Source of the DNA: an uncultured Candidatus Saccharibacteria bacterium | GTDB taxonomy: Bacteria > Patescibacteriota > Minisyncoccia > Phycocordibacterales > PALSA-1337 | Length of the DNA: 64,000 nt | Direction: 5' to 3' | NCBI GenBank assembly: GCA_964358005.1 | Contig: CAYHNH010000002.1 | Location: 18,596 to 82,595 of the forward strand | Made by a program: the position numbers and the translations under genes | Notes under the pieces: generated by a model | What the model was told of the DNA's origin: nothing | Seen by the model: only the letters and a program-made list of their open reading frames with translations | Databases searched by the model: none | Shown here: positions 59,546 through 64,000 of the stretch, piece by piece | How positions within the stretch are numbered: position 1 is the stretch's first letter | Layout: each line of letters opens with the position of its first letter

Positions 59546-61255
59546 ATGACAATCACAATATATTCAATATTAAACTGGATAACAGGGCTGATTCTTATTT
59601 CGGTAGCCTTTGCCATATATTTTCCAAGTGATAAATCACTTTCCGCAAGACTTTGTTCATTACTTTCGCTGGTAACAGGAGTATGGAGCTTGTTTATAGC
59701 TTTATCAGTTTCCGCAAATGACCTTTTTGTTGGGCTTATATTGCTAAAATCATGTCACTTTCTTGGAACACTAATTGCATCAGTTTTTATATTATTTTCA
59801 CTATCATATCCTAGTACAAAAAAAATAAAACCCGGAATAATCGCTGCATTTGCCATTGCTGAATTTATATTTGTATATCTAATCTTTTTCACTGACACAA
59901 TAATTCTAAATTCTCTGCTTTTACCGAATTTAGAATACTTTGCCTGGGAGTATGGCTCATTGCAGATATTTTTTGATATTTACTTTATTTTTTGTTGGAT
60001 AATTGGAATATTTGTACTTTATAACAAATTAAAGAGCTGTAGGGACGTAGAAATTACCAAAAATCTACAACTCATGCTAATTGCATTCATAATAAGTATT
60101 ACACCACCAACCTTTCTTACAATACTTTTACCGCAACTCGGAATTTTTGATTATTATTGGCTAAGCCCACTCTCCTGCTTATTTTGGATTATTGTTATCT
60201 CATACTCAATAACACGACATCATCTATTTAGGATAAAGGTTGTTGCCGCACAATTGATTACCTTTGTTCTCTGGATATTTATCCTCATCAGGATATTACT
60301 GGCAACCAATCCAAAGGAAATCATTATTGAGGGCACACTTCTTGGAATTACAATTATATCTGGAGTGTTTCTCGTAAAAGCAGTATTAAAGGAAACAAGA
60401 CAAAGAGAGAAAATTGAGCAATTGGCAAACAAATTACAGGATGCCTACAGGATAACTAGTGACCTCAACCACACCCTCGAAGCCAAGGTTGCGGCGCAGA
60501 CAGTGGAGATACGCAAGGCTTACGAGGCCGAGAAGCACGCTCGCCTGGAGCTGGAGAAGCTCAACGATGCCAAGGACCAGTTCATAATGATAACCCAGCA
60601 TCATTTGAGGACTCCGGTCACAAGCATGCTCTGGGCCATAGAATCGTCGCTCCAGGGAGCCTACGGGAAGATGGGCGCGGCGCTTCGGTCCGTTCTCGAA
60701 GATGCCCAGACATCCGGAAAGCGTCTGATGAAGATAGTCGATGATTTCTTGAACATAACTGCCATAAAGATCGGCACTAACATCTTGAATATATCCAAAG
60801 TCAGTCTGAAACCGGCCATGGATGACATTCTGCTGGAATTGAAGGGCAGCATAGACAAAATGAGGCTCATGGTTTCGTTCCCTGCTGATGGTAATAGCTG
60901 GCCAGAACTGCCGGTAGATTACGACAAGATGCGCGAGAGTCTCTTCATAATCATGGAGAATGCCGTGAGATACAACGAGGAAGGCGGCTCTGTGAAGATA
61001 GCAACGTCCAGGCAGGAGGATCGATTCGTGATATCGGTGGAGAATACCGGTCTCGGCATATCCGGCGAGGAGTCGACAAGGATAGGCAACGCTCTGTTCT
61101 ACAGAGGTGACTATGCCAGGAAGGCCTACCCCATTGGCATGGGAATCGGGCTGTCTGTCGTAAAGGCGATCATCAGGGCCCATCATGGGACTTTCAGCAT
61201 CACCTCCGAGGGCAAAGGTAAGGGTGCCAAAGCGTCGGTCTCCCTTCCCATATGA
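59546..61255 (+). CDS. sensor histidine kinase with 7TM input, atypical G1 box, HK2
   Basis: Multi-TM N-terminus; QHHLRTP, ENAVRYN, ENTGLG, GMGIGL. Confidence 0.9.
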   Translation: MTITIYSILNWITGLILISVAFAIYFPSDKSLSARLCSLLSLVTGVWSLFIALSVSANDLFVGLILLKSCHFLGTLIASVFILFSLSYPSTKKIKPGIIAAFAIAEFIFVYLIFFTDTIILNSLLLPNLEYFAWEYGSLQIFFDIYFIFCWIIGIFVLYNKLKSCRDVEITKNLQLMLIAFIISITPPTFLTILLPQLGIFDYYWLSPLSCLFWIIVISYSITRHHLFRIKVVAAQLITFVLWIFILIRILLATNPKEIIIEGTLLGITIISGVFLVKAVLKETRQREKIEQLANKLQDAYRITSDLNHTLEAKVAAQTVEIRKAYEAEKHARLELEKLNDAKDQFIMITQHHLRTPVTSMLWAIESSLQGAYGKMGAALRSVLEDAQTSGKRLMKIVDDFLNITAIKIGTNILNISKVSLKPAMDDILLELKGSIDKMRLMVSFPADGNSWPELPVDYDKMRESLFIIMENAVRYNEEGGSVKIATSRQEDRFVISVENTGLGISGEESTRIGNALFYRGDYARKAYPIGMGIGLSVVKAIIRAHHGTFSITSEGKGKGAKASVSLPI

Positions 61256-61794
61256 TATACGCCTATTTGACCGCGATTGCCGCGCTTTCGGTCATCCTGC
61301 TTTTTGTGATCATCCCACGAATCATAAGGACTTCGAAGAAAAAGGCACCCTTTGTTCGAACACGCAACGGAGCAGTGCCTGAGATCCTGAAACTGCTCCA
61401 GTTGAATGATGGAAGCGTGCTATACGACCTCGGATGCGGCGACGGCAGAATCCTTCGGGCGGCGGTAGCCTCGACAAAAGGGCTGACAGGGGTCGGCATT
61501 GAGAATGATTGGTTGCCGATCATATTCTCACATTTTAGACCCAAACTGGCAGGAACAGAGATCATCAAAGGAGACATCTTCAAGACTCCGCTCGACAAGG
61601 CGACCCATATCTACTGCTACCTCTTCCCACAGGTCATGATCAATCTTGAGCCAGTTGTACTAGCCAAATGCCGTCCAGGCACAAGGATAGTCTCATGCGA
61701 CTTCCCTTTTCCCAATCTGACGCCGGTACAGACTGTCACGTTGCCAGGCAATAGATACATGCTAGCCAGGACTTTATACCTATACGTGCTCTAA
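61252..61794 (+). CDS. membrane-anchored class I SAM methyltransferase
   Basis: APFVRT, YDLGCGDGR, IYCYL, PGTRIVS.DF. Confidence 0.88.
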   Translation: MIYAYLTAIAALSVILLFVIIPRIIRTSKKKAPFVRTRNGAVPEILKLLQLNDGSVLYDLGCGDGRILRAAVASTKGLTGVGIENDWLPIIFSHFRPKLAGTEIIKGDIFKTPLDKATHIYCYLFPQVMINLEPVVLAKCRPGTRIVSCDFPFPNLTPVQTVTLPGNRYMLARTLYLYVL

Positions 61795-61835
61795 AATACG
61801 CGATAATACGCCCAAGAATGGCCGCGAATAAAATC

Positions 61836-61890
61836 TTCATTAAAATTTGAACTTTTCTTCATCGTTCCTTGAACCTTGTTGTTGTAGGAT
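61836..61890 (+). promoter_or_regulatory. 4x 11-bp-period hexamer box plus -10 (site 3)
   Basis: TTCATT-N5-TTGAAC-N5-TTCATC-N5-TTGAAC-N10-TAGGAT. Confidence 0.7.
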
Positions 61891-61898
61891 GGTGTTCG

Positions 61899-62012
61899 AT
61901 GATTTCATCACTGACGACAATCGGTATCACGTTACTGGCGTTATCGGCGCTTTCCATTGGTATTTTGGCTGTTTTAGCGTACGGGATCTACTGGTCTCAC
62001 AAGGGGAAGTAG
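61899..62012 (+). CDS. 37-aa single-TM microprotein (not in ORF track)
   Basis: MISSLTTIGITLLALSALSIGILAVLAYGIYWSHKGK*, ATG 8 nt after the -10 of site 3. Confidence 0.55.
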   Translation: MISSLTTIGITLLALSALSIGILAVLAYGIYWSHKGK

Positions 62013-62700
62013 GAGCCGGCAAAGCGCGGATCCTGTCCATGACATAGTTGGCCTGAGCTTTGAAATCCTCAGCCGTCGGGACGACCGAGCTTTTGGCTAT
62101 GCCCCATACAGGCTCACCGAACGAGACTGACAGCTTGCAACGACCAAGGAATAGATCCGCGGGCGTAAGACCAAAAGTGCCACCAATGCGGACAGGTACT
62201 ATCGGCCTGCCGGTCGCGTATGAGAGATATGCCACGCCGCCCTTACCCTGTTGAATCGTGCCATCTGGAGTCGCTCGGCCTTCCGGGAAGATGCACAAGC
62301 TGCCCCCCTCGCGAAGTATGAGCTCGTGAGGAGCGAGCGACTTGGCATAGTCATGCAGGCCGACTTTGACCGCGTAAGCGCCCCAGATATTGAAGAAGGC
62401 TCCGCCATAGAAGCGCTGTCTCCAGCCGGCGCGCCTGTAGAACGCCTGTTCTCGCGAGGTATAGAAGATAGGCGAGAAGCGCGAGAAAAACGGCAGGCAT
62501 CCAGGCACCATGAATACATCCATCTCGCTCGAATGATTGCAGGCGAATATGGCATTGTGAGGGACTTTCTTGAGATTCTCTCTGCCCTTCATCTCCACGT
62601 GGCCGAATAGGACAAGGAGCAGGCGTGTCGGGACCCAGATGATCTGCTGGAGGAGCCACGGACTCACGAAATACCAGAGCTTGACCGATTTCATTTCCAA
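61927..62700 (-). CDS. lysophospholipid acyltransferase (PlsC-like)
   Basis: NHSSEMD, IFPEG, PIVPV. Confidence 0.9.
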   Translation of the reverse strand: MEMKSVKLWYFVSPWLLQQIIWVPTRLLLVLFGHVEMKGRENLKKVPHNAIFACNHSSEMDVFMVPGCLPFFSRFSPIFYTSREQAFYRRAGWRQRFYGGAFFNIWGAYAVKVGLHDYAKSLAPHELILREGGSLCIFPEGRATPDGTIQQGKGGVAYLSYATGRPIVPVRIGGTFGLTPADLFLGRCKLSVSFGEPVWGIAKSSVVPTAEDFKAQANYVMDRIRALPAPTSPCETSRSRTLKQPKYQWKAPITPVT

Positions 62701-62716
62701 ATTTGTAACATAAAAA

Positions 62717-63544
62717 TCAACCTAAATCAATACCGAAGATTCTCTTAGCATTGGCAAGAAGCGCATCCTCGACTACCGCCAGCGGCAGCTTTTTTATCTG
62801 GGCTATTTTCTCGATGGTATGCGACACAAATGAAGGCTCATTGCGCTTTCCCCTATTCGGGACTGGCGAGACGAACGGGCAGTCCGTCTCTGCCTGAATC
62901 ATGTCGAGCGGGATATATTCTACGAGCTCCTCATACTGACGAGCGAAGGTGATGACACCCGTGAATGAAAGCGTGTAGCCGAGATCCAGAAAAGCCCGAG
63001 CCTCACTGGTAGTCCCGGCGAAGAAATGCACATCGCCAGCCACTCTAGAATGAGCTTTGAGTATGTCGAGAGCATCACGATATGCCTCTCGAATATGGAG
63101 CATCAGCGGTTTGCCGGATTCATTGGCAAGCTCGATCTGCGATAGGAATGCCCTCTTTTGCTTTTCAGCAGCAGCCGGTTCGGACCTGTAATAATCCAGG
63201 CCGCACTCTCCTATGCCAACAACCTTCGGATGCTTCAGAAACTCGCGGTAGACGACCGGATTGAATTCCTCGCCGCGCGAAGAGAATTCCTGCCCACCCT
63301 CGCCCAACTCCTCTTTGTCATGAAATGAGGCCGAGGTGTGGACTGGATGCAAGCCGACTATGGCATATACTCCCTTGTCATATTTGGAGGCTACATCTAC
63401 GGAAGCTTTCGAGGTGTCGCGCTGAGTACCGACGTTTATGAAAGCCGTCCCGCTATCGAGCGAGCGGGCTACGACCTCATCCCTGTCCGCTTCATAAGCG
63501 GCAAAGTTCAGATGGGCGTGAATGTCGATACGGCGAAAAGGCAC
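62717..63544 (-). CDS. tatD: TatD family nuclease
   Basis: IDIHAHL, GLHP, IGECGLDY, LHIR, ETDCP. Confidence 0.95.
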   Translation of the reverse strand: MPFRRIDIHAHLNFAAYEADRDEVVARSLDSGTAFINVGTQRDTSKASVDVASKYDKGVYAIVGLHPVHTSASFHDKEELGEGGQEFSSRGEEFNPVVYREFLKHPKVVGIGECGLDYYRSEPAAAEKQKRAFLSQIELANESGKPLMLHIREAYRDALDILKAHSRVAGDVHFFAGTTSEARAFLDLGYTLSFTGVITFARQYEELVEYIPLDMIQAETDCPFVSPVPNRGKRNEPSFVSHTIEKIAQIKKLPLAVVEDALLANAKRIFGIDLG

Positions 63545-63545
63545 G

Positions 63546-64000
63546 TTATATCTCGCCTTCAGTGGAGGAATTTATCTTCAGCTGGACGCTGACGATCTGG
63601 GTAGGGTTGTTATTGGCCGTGCAAGTGATCTTGAATTGGTATATCCCGGGCGCCGCTCCGCCAATGAGGTTTGTGCTGGTGTTACCTGACCACGTCTTGG
63701 TGCCATTGTTGTTATTCTGCATGCCGAGGTTACCGCTCCAATTGGAATTCCAGTTCTGATAACCGGGATTGGATCCATCCGAGGCTGTGACGGTCGGCGA
63801 GCATGAGTAGACATTTGACATAGTGAATGGTCCCCAGGCCAGAGCAAAACCATTCCCCTGCTTCACCGTGAGTGAGGATAGCGTGGCGGTGCTTACAGTG
63901 CGTCCTATACGCAGATCGCTCTGGCCGACTGGTACTATCACAGTCACACTAGGACAGGTTATGAGGGACGAGAGCGAACTACCGCTCCTGATCTTCACTG
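63546..64000 (-). CDS. 3' part of a Ser/Thr/Asn-rich beta-sandwich surface protein (partial)
   Basis: Open frame running to the window edge; GIYQFKITCT; ends EGEI*. Confidence 0.55.
   Translation of the reverse strand, partial: VKIRSGSSLSSLITCPSVTVIVPVGQSDLRIGRTVSTATLSSLTVKQGNGFALAWGPFTMSNVYSCSPTVTASDGSNPGYQNWNSNWSGNLGMQNNNNGTKTWSGNTSTNLIGGAAPGIYQFKITCTANNNPTQIVSVQLKINSSTEGEI

Noticed and set aside
56900-60460. Site-specific invertible segment swapping the two kinase sensors
   Set aside because: Junctions are similar only at protein level; no DNA inverted repeat or recombinase seen
1-64000. Genetic code 25, tRNA/rRNA genes, transposases, CIRCE/hrcA
   Set aside because: Conserved genes such as dnaJ, murG and dnaB end properly at TGA; none of the other elements were recognised by eye

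Overview
Chromosomal segment of a small-genome bacterium, most likely Patescibacteria/CPR (Parcubacteria-like). This is an inference from a C-terminally truncated AlaRS, a short L13, split rplU/rpmA, a FtsA-like + baseplate-J-like gene pair and many leaderless-looking promoters; TGA is used as a stop (code 11). Housekeeping content: alaS 3' end, infA-rpmJ-rpsM-rpsK-rpsD-rpoA-rplQ-rplM-rpsI, grpE/dnaK/dnaJ, an MFP+RND pair, trpS, scpA/scpB, ftsW-murG, gltX, an M23 peptidase, rpmA, rplI, ctpA, corA-like, cysS, dnaB, recR, rplU, rmuC, yqeY, tatD. Accessory content: a cell-envelope region (GT2+LAB_N, amidase, lysozyme-like proteins, four GT-C glycosyltransferases, a Cys-rich/Pro-Ser-repeat surface protein flanked by two cupredoxin-like proteins) and a nucleotide-themed island (guanylate-kinase-like, PreA/PyrD-like Fe-S flavoprotein, Zn-ribbon, CYTH, TruD-like). 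Main observations: (1) an AT-rich ~3.5 kb block holding a class II aldolase-like enzyme plus only the sensor halves of two divergent 7TM histidine kinases, resembling a swappable signal-synthase/receptor cassette; (2) three distant promoters with identical geometry (4 hexamers at 11-bp period, 10 nt, then -10), each in front of a tiny gene, one of them absent from the ORF track; (3) several highly structured intergenic elements, including two Y-shaped ones with an AGCA-loop hairpin and a ~100-bp repeat pair whose flanks are inverted while the core is direct; (4) a leader-peptide/terminator attenuator upstream of an MFS gene. No tRNA, rRNA, CRISPR array or transposase was recognised. All family calls are by motif recognition, not database search.
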